Shown: piece after piece, positions 43,899 through 54,271 of the stretch
How positions within the stretch are numbered: position 1 is the first letter of the stretch
Layout: each line of letters starts with the position of its first letter
Assembly (NCBI GenBank): GCA_037134875.1
Contig: JBAXLH010000003.1
Span: 9,644-73,643, forward strand
Direction of reading: 5' to 3'
DNA: 64,000 nt
Source of the DNA: a bacterium
GTDB taxonomy: Bacteria > Patescibacteriota > Minisyncoccia > Phycocordibacterales > DATDWN01
Position numbers and translations under genes: made by a program
The notes under the pieces: model-generated
Database searches by the model: none
The model's input: the letters and a program-made list of their open reading frames with translations, nothing else
Told to the model about the DNA's origin: nothing

Positions 43899-44471
43899 TT
43901 GATACGGATCTCGTTGTATTATATGGATAGAACAGAGTTAGAATCAATTTTAAAAAAGGCTATTTCTGGCGACCAAATAGCCTGCGATGTTTTGTATACA
44001 GAATATGCACAGCCGTTATACGGATATATTTATTCTCGGATAGGAAATCGTTTGGATGCCGAGGATATACTTCAGGATGTGTTTATAAAGATATTTAGAA
44101 ATTTAAAATCTATAAAAATCGGTCCTGATGGTGTACGGCCATATTTTTATACAATAACTCGTAATACGATCATTGATTTTTATCGAAAAAAAATACCAGA
44201 AGATACATCAGAAGATTTAAATTTTATTCCATACGAAGGTAATACCGCTTTTGAGGATATGATGGTAAAAGAATCAAAAATTGAACTCAACAAGATTTTA
44301 GATTTATTACCAGCTGATGCTAGAGAAATTGTTATTCTTAGATATATATCAGGATTGTCAAATAAGGAAATATCAAAGATCGTAGGAAAAAAAGAAGATT
44401 CCTTGCGACAAACCGAATCGCGGTCATTACGATTTTTAAAATCAAAATTACATAAAAAAAATGAAAAATGA
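43899..44471 (+). CDS. ECF-type RNA polymerase sigma factor (sigma-70 family regions 2 and 4)
   Basis: DILQDVFIKIFRNL (region 2.x); REIVILRYISGLSNKEISKIVGKKEDSLRQTESRSLRFLK (region 4 HTH). Confidence 0.75.
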   Translation: MIRISLYYMDRTELESILKKAISGDQIACDVLYTEYAQPLYGYIYSRIGNRLDAEDILQDVFIKIFRNLKSIKIGPDGVRPYFYTITRNTIIDFYRKKIPEDTSEDLNFIPYEGNTAFEDMMVKESKIELNKILDLLPADAREIVILRYISGLSNKEISKIVGKKEDSLRQTESRSLRFLKSKLHKKNEK

Positions 44472-44850
44472 TTTTACGAAAGATGAAATAAAATTTAAGA
44501 AAATGTTTCAAGGACAGGATAATTTGATGTTGGAGAAAAAGACTTTTGACAAAATAATGAATCAAGTAAAGATGTCTGTCGAACGAAAACATATCCCGAC
44601 AGTATCAGTATTTGAAAGTAATTTCAGTTTTCTGTACGGTCATACTCGTGCAATCTTTGCTGGAGCGTTTCTCTTTATGTTTATTTTAGGTGGATATATA
44701 ACACAAAGAAATTCGAATTCAATTGATGGAATTACATCTTCGCTTCAAAATTCTGTATTTTCAGAAAGTAGACAAGAGGATTATGTTTATACTCAAAGTA
44801 ATGTGGATTCACTTATTATGACAGATTACGGTCTTTCAGATACACAATAA
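44461..44850 (+). CDS. Putative anti-sigma factor (single transmembrane helix), overlapping the sigma factor stop
   Basis: Position immediately after the ECF sigma gene, with an 11-nt overlap. One transmembrane helix. No motif. Confidence 0.3.
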   Translation: MKNDFTKDEIKFKKMFQGQDNLMLEKKTFDKIMNQVKMSVERKHIPTVSVFESNFSFLYGHTRAIFAGAFLFMFILGGYITQRNSNSIDGITSSLQNSVFSESRQEDYVYTQSNVDSLIMTDYGLSDTQ

Positions 44851-44885
44851 TTAGTATTTATTAGTATTAAAATTAATTTATTTTT

Positions 44886-45647
44886 ATGAATAGTAAAAAA
44901 ATTCGAATAGCAGTAGGTTTGTTTACAATAGCTTCTTTTCTTGTGCCAAGTTTTATGTTTGCCGATACGAGCACAACAACAGTTTCCACGACATCTGGAA
45001 ATAAAACAAATTTTTGCACATCAATTAATACCTATGTAGCAACTCTGGATAAAAATTTTGGTCAAAAAGAAACAACATATGAGACAAAAAAGGCTGATCA
45101 ACTCAAAGCATTAAATGATGCTCAGGCAATAAGAGATGCAAAAACTGAGCAAAATAGAGCAGTATGGAATGAAAAAAGAGATACCCAATTTCAAAAACTA
45201 GCAAGCAAAGCCAAAACTGATGCGGAGAAAACTGCAGTTGAAACTTTCAAGACAACTGTTACAAATGCCATAGCTACACGAAGAGCAGCTGTTGATGATG
45301 CTGTCGCAACATATCGTTCTGGTTTGAGCACTATTCTTTCTACTAGAAAAACAACGGTTGAAACTGCCTTGCAGACCCTCAAAACAGATAGTGATACAGC
45401 AATAACAAAAGCAAAGTCAGATTGTGCAAATGGAGTTAATCCTAAAACAGTCAAAACAGCCCTTTTGTCAGCAATTAAAGATGCACGTGCAAAGTTTTCG
45501 GCAACTGTGAAAGATACGGCTGAGATGAAAACTGCATTGAGTACGCTTCAGACAGCTCGTAAAACTGCATTCACAAAAGCACAGACAGATTTCAAGACAG
45601 TGTATGACAAGGCACTTGCTGATCTCAAAACAGCTTTTGCACAGTAA
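44886..45647 (+). CDS. Secreted alpha-helical repeat protein (signal peptide; A/T/K-rich)
   Basis: Signal peptide MNSKKIRIAVGLFTIASFLVPSFMFA. Repetitive helical sequence. Confidence 0.4.
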   Translation: MNSKKIRIAVGLFTIASFLVPSFMFADTSTTTVSTTSGNKTNFCTSINTYVATLDKNFGQKETTYETKKADQLKALNDAQAIRDAKTEQNRAVWNEKRDTQFQKLASKAKTDAEKTAVETFKTTVTNAIATRRAAVDDAVATYRSGLSTILSTRKTTVETALQTLKTDSDTAITKAKSDCANGVNPKTVKTALLSAIKDARAKFSATVKDTAEMKTALSTLQTARKTAFTKAQTDFKTVYDKALADLKTAFAQ

Positions 45648-45731
45648 TTACCATAACTATATAGGTTTAAAAACAAAACCGACAACATTGGCGGTTTTGT
45701 TTTTGGTCTGAATTTGTAGTACACTCAAGCA

Positions 45732-46607
45732 ATGAAAGACAACGTGTTTATTACAGAAAAATCAGCCGAATATGAGCTTTTGGATAGTGGTGAGGGGCGA
45801 AAACTCGAAAGATATGGCGAGGTTATTCTTTCTCGTCCTGATCCACAAGCGCTGTGGCAAACATCTCTGCCAGATTCTGAATGGAAAAATGTGAGTGCAG
45901 TTTTTGAAACAAAAAGTGGTAGGGGGAAATGGCACATTGTAAAAGATATCCAAAAAGATTGGCAGATTTCACTTAGCGAGAACAATTTTAACTTGCAATT
46001 GTTGTCATCAAAACATCTTGGTGTTTTTCCAGAACAGTCAGAAAATTGGAAATGGCTCACAGAAAAAATAAAAAAAGAAAATAGAAAACTTTCTGTTCTC
46101 AATTTGTTTGGATACACTGGTGGAGCCACACTAGCTTGTGCGAGAGCTGGTGCGGATGTCTGTCATGTGGATGCGTCGGAGTTTGCAGTTGATCTGGCGA
46201 TGAAAAATCGTGATGTTTCTGGGCTTTCCGATAAACTAATACGATTTATTGTTGAGGATGTGAGAAAATTTGTTGAGAGGGAAATTAAGAGAGGAAATAC
46301 GTATGATATTATTCTTCTCGATCCTCCGGTATATGGCAAAGGTGTAAAAAAAGAAGTGTGGAAAATAGAAGAAGATCTCGTGCCTCTCCTCAGTCGTTTA
46401 CAAAAACTTCTTTCAATAAATCCAGTTGCAGTTGTTTTGAATGGGTATGCTTCTGGCTATTCTCATCTTACATATGCACAGATGTTGGAATCAATAACAA
46501 AAAATTTTGGTGGAGCTGTTTCCTCTGGAGAGCTTGCGATTCGCGAATCATCTTCTGGTCGTCTCTTACCGTCAGGTATTGTTGCACGCTGGGAAAAAAA
46601 CCAATAA
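45732..46607 (+). CDS. Class I SAM-dependent rRNA methyltransferase (RlmI/RlmK-like)
   Basis: LNLFGYTGGATLACARAGADVCHVDAS...; IILLDPPVYGKG (DPP motif). Confidence 0.7.
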   Translation: MKDNVFITEKSAEYELLDSGEGRKLERYGEVILSRPDPQALWQTSLPDSEWKNVSAVFETKSGRGKWHIVKDIQKDWQISLSENNFNLQLLSSKHLGVFPEQSENWKWLTEKIKKENRKLSVLNLFGYTGGATLACARAGADVCHVDASEFAVDLAMKNRDVSGLSDKLIRFIVEDVRKFVEREIKRGNTYDIILLDPPVYGKGVKKEVWKIEEDLVPLLSRLQKLLSINPVAVVLNGYASGYSHLTYAQMLESITKNFGGAVSSGELAIRESSSGRLLPSGIVARWEKNQ

Positions 46608-46626
46608 AATCTGCTATACTTTACGT

Positions 46627-47178
46627 ATGAATTCTCTTGATACTATGCTTCAAATATATTTGGCCAGTTCTCGAACGTCGGTTATGACAGAATTTATGTA
46701 TGTTCTCACGACTATTTTTGATTTGGCATTACCTTTTGTTTTGATTGCTCTTTGTGTTGCTATTCTTGTGTATATTATTCGTGGCAAAAAACACGCGGTG
46801 CAATTCGGTCTGTCCCTATTCATTGGAGCTATCCTTATTTTTTTCTTGAAATCATATTTCAATATTGGCCGTCCAATGGATTCTGTTATCACGGCTTTTG
46901 GTCAAAGTTTTCCAAGTTATCACGCCACGATTGTTACAATTTTTTTCGGAATGCTTATGTATTTATTTGATGACTATTTCGGAAAAATTTCACGAATCAT
47001 TTTTAACTCTTTTTGTTTTTTTATAATTTTGATGGTTTCGTATAGCCGTCTATATCTCGGAGCGCATTGGCTTTCTGATGTACTCGGTGGTATTGTTTTG
47101 GGAACGATAGTTTGTTATCTTTCAATAAAAATCTATGATCTTACTTTCAGGAAAAATAGTCAGGGATACACTAGTTGA
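46627..47178 (+). CDS. PAP2-family phosphatase (undecaprenyl-diphosphatase-like)
   Basis: Motifs KSYFNIGRP, SFPSYHAT and SRLYLGAHWLSD. The ORF track starts at 46507; ATG at 46627 is more plausible. Confidence 0.8.
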   Translation: MNSLDTMLQIYLASSRTSVMTEFMYVLTTIFDLALPFVLIALCVAILVYIIRGKKHAVQFGLSLFIGAILIFFLKSYFNIGRPMDSVITAFGQSFPSYHATIVTIFFGMLMYLFDDYFGKISRIIFNSFCFFIILMVSYSRLYLGAHWLSDVLGGIVLGTIVCYLSIKIYDLTFRKNSQGYTS

Positions 47179-47968
47179 GGAACTGAAACAAACAGTTGCG
47201 CGTTTATCCGTACAACCAAAACTTGTTATTGTTCAGGTTGGAAATAATCCTGAATCTACTGTGTATATAAATCAAAAAAAGAAATTAGGGGAGGTGCTCG
47301 GCGTTTCTGTCGAACACAGCATGTATGACGAAAACATTTCAGAAAATGATCTTCTAAAAAATGTAGAAAAATTAAATATTGACACGAATGTTACTGGGAT
47401 TATTGTTCAACTCCCGCTCCCAAAACATATTAATTCTCGTCACATACTTGATTCGATTTCGTCAATTAAAGATGTGGACGGTCTCGGTAGTGTTCAGACT
47501 GGGCTTTTGGTAACAGGGAATACACAGGCTTTCATTCCGGCAACCGCTCGAGGTATTATGTTGCTTTTTGATTATTACAATATTTCACTTTCTGGAAAAC
47601 ATGTTGTTGTGGTTGGAAGATCAGATCTTGTTGGTAAACCAGTTGCCACACTTTCTCTCTCACGAAATGCAACAGTTACTCTGTGTCATTCAAAAACAGC
47701 ACATTTGAAAGAAATTACACAAACTGCAGATGTCATTATTGTGGCAATCGGAAAGCCAAATTTTGTTGATTCGTCTTATGTACGGGAAGGGCAGGTGGTT
47801 ATTGATGTTGGTATTCACAAACTCGATGGAGCAATGTGCGGTGATGTTAATTTTGAATCTGTCAAAGATATTGTGTCTGCAATAAGTCCTGTCCCAGGAG
47901 GAGTCGGACCATTGACGGTTGTATCACTTTTTCAAAATCTGGTGGATGCATCACAGAGAACAGTGTGA
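47135..47968 (+). CDS. folD: Bifunctional methylenetetrahydrofolate dehydrogenase/cyclohydrolase FolD
   Basis: KLVIVQVGNNPESTVYINQKKK...GIIVQLPLP...GKHVVVVGRSDLVGKP... Confidence 0.9.
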   Translation: MILLSGKIVRDTLVEELKQTVARLSVQPKLVIVQVGNNPESTVYINQKKKLGEVLGVSVEHSMYDENISENDLLKNVEKLNIDTNVTGIIVQLPLPKHINSRHILDSISSIKDVDGLGSVQTGLLVTGNTQAFIPATARGIMLLFDYYNISLSGKHVVVVGRSDLVGKPVATLSLSRNATVTLCHSKTAHLKEITQTADVIIVAIGKPNFVDSSYVREGQVVIDVGIHKLDGAMCGDVNFESVKDIVSAISPVPGGVGPLTVVSLFQNLVDASQRTV

Positions 47969-48013
47969 TAAAATAAACCGGCATTAAAAATATTATTAAC
48001 TAACAAAAATAAA

Positions 48014-48874
48014 ATGAATGAATTTTTAAATGAAATGAGAAAAAGACAGCTGTTTGGTGCTGTTATGGCAGTCGTCATTCTCCTCGCTGTTTTTCTTGGA
48101 ATAAAATCAATAAACTCTCTCAAGGAATATTCATATATTGGAAAGGGTGTGTACTCGACAAATGTGATTACTGTGTCTGGGAAAGGTGAAGTAACGGCCA
48201 TTCCAGATGTTGCTGAATTTACATTTACAGTCACAGAAAATGCAAAGACAGTAAAGGACGCTCAGGATTTGGAAAGTAAAAAAGTAAACAGCGCAATAGA
48301 TGCTATAAAAGCGATGGGTGTTGCCGAAAAAGACATCAAAACGGAAAGCTATAATTCGTATCCAAAATATGAATATCAAAATGCTAAATGTCCAACACCA
48401 ATAGAATTACAAACATATCAATCTGCCCCTAGTCCTACTCTTGATAGTGCTCCAATATATTGTCCGTCAGGAAAATCTGTTTTGACAGGATACGAGGTAA
48501 GTCAGACTATTTCTGTGAAGGTTAGAAAGACAGATACTGCTGGAGATATTTTGACAAAAATAGGAAGTCTCAGTGTGGCAAATATTAGTGGACTCAATTT
48601 TGTTGTTGATGATATGGACGCTGTTCAGGCACAGGCGCGGGACAAGGCGATTGCGGATGCAAAACAAAAAGCAGCTGTATTGTCAAAATCTCTTGGTATC
48701 CGACTCTCAAAAATAACGAGTTTTTATGAGTCTGGTAACGGCCAAATATATTATTCAGGAAAAATGATGTCGGACAGTGTGATGGGAGCTGGGGAAGTTG
48801 CTCCTGCTCCACAATTGCCGACAGGAGAGAATAAAATAACCTCAAACGTTACTATTACCTACGAAGTAAACTAA
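48014..48874 (+). CDS. SIMPL/DUF541 (BP26-like) periplasmic protein
   Basis: N-terminal transmembrane helix; VSGKGEVTAIPDVAEFTFTV...AKQKAAVLSKSLG. Confidence 0.65.
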   Translation: MNEFLNEMRKRQLFGAVMAVVILLAVFLGIKSINSLKEYSYIGKGVYSTNVITVSGKGEVTAIPDVAEFTFTVTENAKTVKDAQDLESKKVNSAIDAIKAMGVAEKDIKTESYNSYPKYEYQNAKCPTPIELQTYQSAPSPTLDSAPIYCPSGKSVLTGYEVSQTISVKVRKTDTAGDILTKIGSLSVANISGLNFVVDDMDAVQAQARDKAIADAKQKAAVLSKSLGIRLSKITSFYESGNGQIYYSGKMMSDSVMGAGEVAPAPQLPTGENKITSNVTITYEVN

Positions 48875-48961
48875 TTTTCTATACTTTTTAAGCTATAAAA
48901 TTCCAAAATTGGGCCAAATCCTGATTTTGGAATTTTTTCGATTTGGTGGTACGATAGGGGC

Positions 48962-50041
48962 ATGGAAGTCCACGAACAGACAATTCATATCAGTGCCGGA
49001 ACTATTATTAAAACAGTAGTTGTGCTCTTTTTGTGTGCGGTTCTGTTTGTTTTGAAGGATCTTTTGTTGGTCTTGCTTATGTCGGTAGTTATTGCTTCAT
49101 CAGTTGAGCCCGCTGCCCAGTGGCTTATGCGCAGAAAATTTCCCCGACTTTTGTCTGTACTCACAATATATCTCTCAATGGCAATGGTTTTGGTTGCAAG
49201 TATTTTCTTTCTACTTATTCCGTTACTTTCAGAATCTGTTAGTTTTTTGCATAACTTTCCAACCTACTTTAATTCAAATGCAATTTCGACTTCTATAAGT
49301 AATAATCAATTTCTAGCATCACAGCCATTTGTAGAGGGACTTAAAAACAGTATAAATTTTGATCAGGTAACAGCTCAGCTGTCTTCATTTATTGCAAGTA
49401 TTTCGTCTAGTACATTTAGTACGTTTGCAACCATTTTTGGTGGGATACTCAGCTTTGTTCTTATTGTTGTATTGTCTTTTTATCTTTCGGTGGAGGAAGA
49501 TGGTGTTGGAAAATTTTTGAAAATTGTTACACCTCTCAAACACGAGAAATATATTATCAATTTGTGGCGACGGTCTCAGAAAAAAATTGGAGCCTGGATG
49601 CAGGGACAACTCATACTCGCGGTAATTATCGGAATGCTCGTCTACCTCGGACTTCTTCTTCTCGGAGTTCAAAACGCATTGCTTCTTGCTGTACTTGCTG
49701 CTATTTGCGAAATTATTCCTCTGTTCGGTCCAATACTTGCCTCTATTCCTGCAATAACTATCACGTTTGTGAGTGGTGGCTTATCATCTGCGCTTGTTGT
49801 GGCTGGTCTGTATATTATTGTTCATCAGTTTGAAAACCAGCTCATTTATCCGCTTGTTGTAAAAAAAGTTGTTGGAGTCAATCCGGTTGTTTCTATTATT
49901 GCACTTGTGGCCGGATGGCAACTCGCTGGATTTTTGGGGCTTGTACTCTCGGTGCCGATTGCAGCAGTTATGATTGAATTTTTTGAAGATTTGGAACGAG
50001 ACAAGATCGAAAAAATAGAGAGAATGGGAAATAATCAGTAA
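48962..50041 (+). CDS. AI-2E family transporter (PerM/UPF0118 permease)
   Basis: Eight transmembrane helices; IIPLFGPILASIPA signature. Confidence 0.8.
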   Translation: MEVHEQTIHISAGTIIKTVVVLFLCAVLFVLKDLLLVLLMSVVIASSVEPAAQWLMRRKFPRLLSVLTIYLSMAMVLVASIFFLLIPLLSESVSFLHNFPTYFNSNAISTSISNNQFLASQPFVEGLKNSINFDQVTAQLSSFIASISSSTFSTFATIFGGILSFVLIVVLSFYLSVEEDGVGKFLKIVTPLKHEKYIINLWRRSQKKIGAWMQGQLILAVIIGMLVYLGLLLLGVQNALLLAVLAAICEIIPLFGPILASIPAITITFVSGGLSSALVVAGLYIIVHQFENQLIYPLVVKKVVGVNPVVSIIALVAGWQLAGFLGLVLSVPIAAVMIEFFEDLERDKIEKIERMGNNQ

Positions 50042-50050
50042 TTTCTACCA

Positions 50051-51490
50051 ATGGAAAAAAAGTTTTATATTACAACAACACTTCCATACGTAAATGCTGA
50101 TCCGCATATTGGATTTGCGATGGAAATAATACGAGCTGATGTTATTGCTCGTGTCAAAAAACTTCAGGGGTTTGAAGTGTTTTTTAACACAGGTACAGAT
50201 GAGCATGGACAAAAGTTATTTACAGAAGCTCACAACGCCGGAAAAGATACAAAAGAGTTTGTCGATGAATACGCGAAGCGTTTCAAGGGTCTCATTAGTC
50301 TGCTCCAGATTTCTCCGGATGTGCATTTTATTCGTACGACAGATGAGTCTCATGAAAAGTCGGCGCAGGAGTTTTGGAAACTCTGTGACAACAATGGCTA
50401 TATTTACAAAAAAACATACAAAATAAAATATTGTGTTGGTTGTGAATTGGAAAAAACTGATTCCGAGCTTGTTGATGGCAAATGTCCACTGCATCCAAAT
50501 AGGGAAATAGAGCTCATCGATGAAGAAAATTATTTTTTCAAATTTTCTGCCTTTCAGGAAAAACTTTTGAAATTGTACTCAGACAGACCAGATTTCGTAA
50601 TTCCAGATTTTCGTCAGAATGAAATTCGTGCGTTTGTGGAGCGGGGACTTGAGGATTTTTCTATTTCCCGTCTTGCATCAAAAATGTCCTGGGGAATTCC
50701 GGTACCAGGGGATCCGAGTCAAGTAATGTATGTGTGGTTTGATGCGCTCGTCAACTATATTTCAACCCTTGGGTGGCCAGAAAATACAGAGAATTTTGAA
50801 AAATTTTGGATAAACGGCACACCGACACAATACTGTGGAAAAGATAATTTGCGTCAGCAGTCGGCAATGTGGCAGGCAATGCTTATGGCAGCCGGCTTAC
50901 CACAGACTCATCAGATTATTATAAATGGATTTTTTACTGGTGAAGGTGGAGTAAAAATGTCCAAGTCACTCGGAAATGTAGTCAATCCATACGATATTGT
51001 GGAGGAGTTTGGTGCTGAGGCACTGCGGTACTATGTTTGCGGAGAGGTTTCAATGTTTGAAGACAGCCCAGCTTCGATGGAACTCATAAAATCATCATAC
51101 AATGCAAAATTGGCAAATGGTCTCGGAAATCTCGTCTCGCGAATTATGAAAATGGCAGAGGATAATTTGGATAAGCCAGTGGAGATCCCAGAGTGGGAAA
51201 ATATGGAAGAATATTTTGATTTGTTGAATACGTTTGAAATCAGCAAAGCGTGCGGTTTTGTCTGGAGCAAAATTTCTGAGCTCGATCAGTTTATTCAAAC
51301 CAATCAGCCGTTCAAGGTTGTAAAAACGGACAAGGAGGCAGGACAGAAAATGATAATGGAGCTCGTGGTAAAGTTGTATTCTGTTGCCCGAATGCTTAGT
51401 CCAATTCTTCCAGAAACTTCGACAAAAATAAAAGCTCTGATAAAAGAAAACAAAGCACCAAAAACACCTTTGTTTTTGAGAAAAGAATAA
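50051..51490 (+). CDS. metG: Methionyl-tRNA synthetase (catalytic core only; no C-terminal tRNA-binding domain)
   Basis: Class I motifs: PYVNADPHIGF (HIGH-like), zinc knuckle CVGC...C, and KMSKS (VKMSKSLGNV). 479 aa. Confidence 0.9.
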   Translation: MEKKFYITTTLPYVNADPHIGFAMEIIRADVIARVKKLQGFEVFFNTGTDEHGQKLFTEAHNAGKDTKEFVDEYAKRFKGLISLLQISPDVHFIRTTDESHEKSAQEFWKLCDNNGYIYKKTYKIKYCVGCELEKTDSELVDGKCPLHPNREIELIDEENYFFKFSAFQEKLLKLYSDRPDFVIPDFRQNEIRAFVERGLEDFSISRLASKMSWGIPVPGDPSQVMYVWFDALVNYISTLGWPENTENFEKFWINGTPTQYCGKDNLRQQSAMWQAMLMAAGLPQTHQIIINGFFTGEGGVKMSKSLGNVVNPYDIVEEFGAEALRYYVCGEVSMFEDSPASMELIKSSYNAKLANGLGNLVSRIMKMAEDNLDKPVEIPEWENMEEYFDLLNTFEISKACGFVWSKISELDQFIQTNQPFKVVKTDKEAGQKMIMELVVKLYSVARMLSPILPETSTKIKALIKENKAPKTPLFLRKE

Positions 51491-51491
51491 A

Positions 51492-52295
51492 ATGTTCGAA
51501 TACATAGACATACATTCACATCTCTATTTTCCATATTACGAAACCGACTTGGAGGAACAGATTGAGGCGATGAAAAAGGCCAATATTGCTACCATAAGTG
51601 TCGGTACTGGTTTGGAGAAGTCCAAAGAAGCACTTTCTGTTGCTGAAAAACACAGCAATATTTTTGCTTGTGTTGGTTTCCACCCATCCGATCTCAAAGA
51701 AGATTCAATTTTTGACACTGAATTTGCAGAGCTCGCCAAACATTCAAAAGTGGTAGCAATAGGCGAGTGTGGTTTGGATTATTTTGAATTCCACGAAGGG
51801 AATGTTGAAAAAATAAAACAGGTTCAGAAAAAGATTTTTGAAGAACATATTGAATTGTCACTTCAAGTCGGAAAACCACTGATGCTCCATATGCGACCAA
51901 GCAAGGGAACAATGGATGCGTATTTTGATAGTCTTGAAATTTTGGAAGGTTATGCGAAAAAACATGGAGAAAAATTGTGTGGCAATGCACACTTTTTTGC
52001 AGGGGATATGGAAGTCTTGAAAAGATTTTTGGCAATCGGCTTTACTGTCTCATTTACTGGAGTTTTGACCTTTACTCACGATTACGACGAGCTAGTCCGC
52101 TACGCACCACTCAATATGATAATGTCTGAAACTGACTCACCGTTTGTTGCTCCCGTGCCATACCGAGGCAAACGAAATTCCCCAGCTTACGTTCCCGAAG
52201 TCGTCTCAGCAATAGCCCGCATCCGCTCCGAAGACCCTATTTTGGTCAAAAAAACGATGGTAGAAAATGCAATGCGGAATTTTAAAATTTCTTAA
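51492..52295 (+). CDS. tatD: TatD-family metal-dependent hydrolase/DNase
   Basis: DIHSHLYFP...IGECGLDYF... Confidence 0.85.
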   Translation: MFEYIDIHSHLYFPYYETDLEEQIEAMKKANIATISVGTGLEKSKEALSVAEKHSNIFACVGFHPSDLKEDSIFDTEFAELAKHSKVVAIGECGLDYFEFHEGNVEKIKQVQKKIFEEHIELSLQVGKPLMLHMRPSKGTMDAYFDSLEILEGYAKKHGEKLCGNAHFFAGDMEVLKRFLAIGFTVSFTGVLTFTHDYDELVRYAPLNMIMSETDSPFVAPVPYRGKRNSPAYVPEVVSAIARIRSEDPILVKKTMVENAMRNFKIS

Positions 52296-52540
52296 CCACT
52301 TCCGTAATTTTGCACCTAAGCAAATTGAGTTTTGTGTTGCGAAAAAAGGCCTTTCGCAGGAGTTTAGAAAATTAGTGAGGTATTCCGAACATAATTTTCT
52401 TGAACGACGAGAAGTTCGCTGGGCTAGCAAGCCCAGACAGATTGCCTTTTGAGGAATACAAAACTCGATTTGCGTATACGGCTAAAATATGCTACTCTAC
52501 CCCCATGGAAAAAGAGAAAAAAACCAATGAAAAGGAGGAT

Positions 52541-52999
52541 ATGTTGACTGTGTACGAAGTCTCATATTTACTTCTTCCATCCCTTGCTGAAGAGCAAGTT
52601 CCTGCCAAAATGGCATCTATACGAGATGCTGTAGAAAAGGTAGGTGGTGAGGTTATTTCTTTTGAGAATCCGATTCTCATAGATCTAGCTTATCCTATGA
52701 CAAAGGTCGTTTTGACTGTCCGAACAAAGTGCCAAAAGGCTTACTTTGGTTGGATGAAGTTCGAAATGTCTAAAGAAGGGATTGAGGCAGTAAAGAAAGC
52801 ACTCGATGCAAACGATGATGTTCTCCGATATTTAATTATCAAAACAGTTCGCGAAAATACATTAGTAAGTGGCAAGATGATGCTCAAAAAAGAAGAGCAA
52901 GTAAAAAAACTTGACGAGACTGCAGATGAGATTCCTCCAGAGGAACTTTCAACTCCAGAAGAAATCGACAAGAGTATCGATGATCTCGTTATCGCTTAA
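52541..52999 (+). CDS. rpsF: 30S ribosomal protein S6 with acidic C-terminal extension
   Basis: YEVSYLL...AYPMTK...YFGWMKFE. AAGGAGG Shine-Dalgarno sequence 5 nt upstream of the ATG at 52541. The ORF track starts at 52400. Confidence 0.8.
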   Translation: MLTVYEVSYLLLPSLAEEQVPAKMASIRDAVEKVGGEVISFENPILIDLAYPMTKVVLTVRTKCQKAYFGWMKFEMSKEGIEAVKKALDANDDVLRYLIIKTVRENTLVSGKMMLKKEEQVKKLDETADEIPPEELSTPEEIDKSIDDLVIA

Positions 53000-53030
53000 A
53001 CGTTTTCATTTATTATTTTAAAATAATAAT

Positions 53031-53474
53031 ATGTACCTAAACAAAGCAATTATAATTGGAAACCTGACAAAGGATCCAGATGTTAAAGCTCTGCCATCCG
53101 GCGTAAAAGTTACTAGTTTTTCTTTGGCGACAAATAGAGTGTGGAAAGACAAAAATGGTGCAAAACAGGAAAGTGTCGACTATCACAATATTGTGGTGTT
53201 CGGCAGACAAGCCGAGATTTGTGGTCAGTATCTCAAAAAGGGCGGTTCAGCTTTGATTGAGGGAAGACTTCAGACACGAAGTTGGGATGATGCTGGTGGT
53301 GTCAAAAAATACCGCACAGAGATTATTGCTGACAGAGTCCAGTTTGGACCTCGCAAGGATGCTCCTGCTGGCGGATACCAGAGTTCTCCAGCTCCAGTAG
53401 AAGAGGACAAGAAAGCGCTTGATACTATTGAGTATCCAGAAGAGGAAATCAACCCAGAAGACATACCGTTCTAA
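53031..53474 (+). CDS. ssb: Single-stranded DNA-binding protein
   Basis: OB fold (NKAIIIGNLTKDPDVKALPSGVKVTSFSLATNRVWKDKNG). Acidic C-terminal tail ending DIPF. Confidence 0.9.
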   Translation: MYLNKAIIIGNLTKDPDVKALPSGVKVTSFSLATNRVWKDKNGAKQESVDYHNIVVFGRQAEICGQYLKKGGSALIEGRLQTRSWDDAGGVKKYRTEIIADRVQFGPRKDAPAGGYQSSPAPVEEDKKALDTIEYPEEEINPEDIPF

Positions 53475-53631
53475 AACTTCCAAATTTGGCGAACTCCTTG
53501 TTTCGAATTTGAAAATGCTCGTCGTCGTATATGTATACGCCTTCTCGCATTTCCAAACTCTCAACATCGGATTTCATCCAAATTGTGAAAGTTTTAGAAA
53601 ATATACAATTACAAAAAATTAAAATAAAATT

Positions 53632-53832
53632 ATGAAAGAGTGTTACTTTACTAAAAATAATATAAAACATATAGACTACAAGGATGTAGAGCTTTTGAAA
53701 AAGTTTCTCAATCCTCATGCCAGAATAATTTCTCGAAAGAGAACTGGTGTGATTGCAAAGTACCAGAGAGATCTTGCTCTTGCTGTAAAACGAGCACGAT
53801 TTATGGGTCTTCTGCCTTACGTCTCAAGATAA
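53632..53832 (+). CDS. rpsR: 30S ribosomal protein S18
   Basis: [31 protein letters not shown]. Classic rpsF-ssb-rpsR order. Confidence 0.9.
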   Translation: MKECYFTKNNIKHIDYKDVELLKKFLNPHARIISRKRTGVIAKYQRDLALAVKRARFMGLLPYVSR

Positions 53833-53835
53833 ACA

Positions 53836-53862
53836 AAAATTCCGGCTTCTGGCCGGTTTTTT
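53836..53862 (+). terminator. Rho-independent terminator after rpsR (ccggc-ttctg-gccgg + T6)
   Basis: Hairpin plus U-run. Confidence 0.7.
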
Positions 53863-53891
53863 GTATGGAAAACCCCGCGATGAGAGCGGGA

Positions 53892-54182
53892 TTAATTGAG
53901 ATATTTCATTGGAACTGCCGTGAGCTTCATCATGAAATTATTATTCAGTCTTTTGAGCTGGTCTGCAGTCAATCTCATACGAGGATTGAGCCAGTCAGGG
54001 ACTTTTGCAATATTTACGGTTTGTTCGTTTTCTCTTTGTACAAAATAAAAAACAACTTCATGAGGATAAAATCGCAGTCCTCTTTCAGTTTGAAGACCTG
54101 TCTTGAGTGTACTGACTCTCCAGTCAACACCACTAATTTTATCCAACTCGAGGGCAATCCTCGATAGCTCACATGGCGTCAT
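53892..54182 (-). CDS. Hypothetical 96-aa protein
   Basis: GGAGAGG Shine-Dalgarno sequence 5 nt upstream of the ATG. No motif. An overlapping plus-strand ORF was judged less likely. Confidence 0.35.
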   Translation of the reverse strand: MTPCELSRIALELDKISGVDWRVSTLKTGLQTERGLRFYPHEVVFYFVQRENEQTVNIAKVPDWLNPRMRLTADQLKRLNNNFMMKLTAVPMKYLN

Positions 54183-54230
54183 AGAACCTCTCCTGCAATA
54201 ATAGTACTTATTTTAACTTTATCGTCAAAC

Positions 54231-54259
54231 AAAAAACCTCACAGCACGTGAGGTTTTTT
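54231..54259. terminator. Bidirectional terminator after efp (cctcac-agcac-gtgagg flanked by A6 and T6)
   Basis: Hairpin with flanking A and T runs. Confidence 0.7.
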
Positions 54260-54271
54260 GTTTGAGATTTG

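Noticed and set aside
53865-54167. 100-aa plus-strand ORF overlapping the 96-aa minus-strand ORF
   Set aside because: The minus-strand frame has a GGAGAGG Shine-Dalgarno sequence at the correct spacing. The plus-strand frame starts inside the rpsR terminator region with no Shine-Dalgarno sequence.
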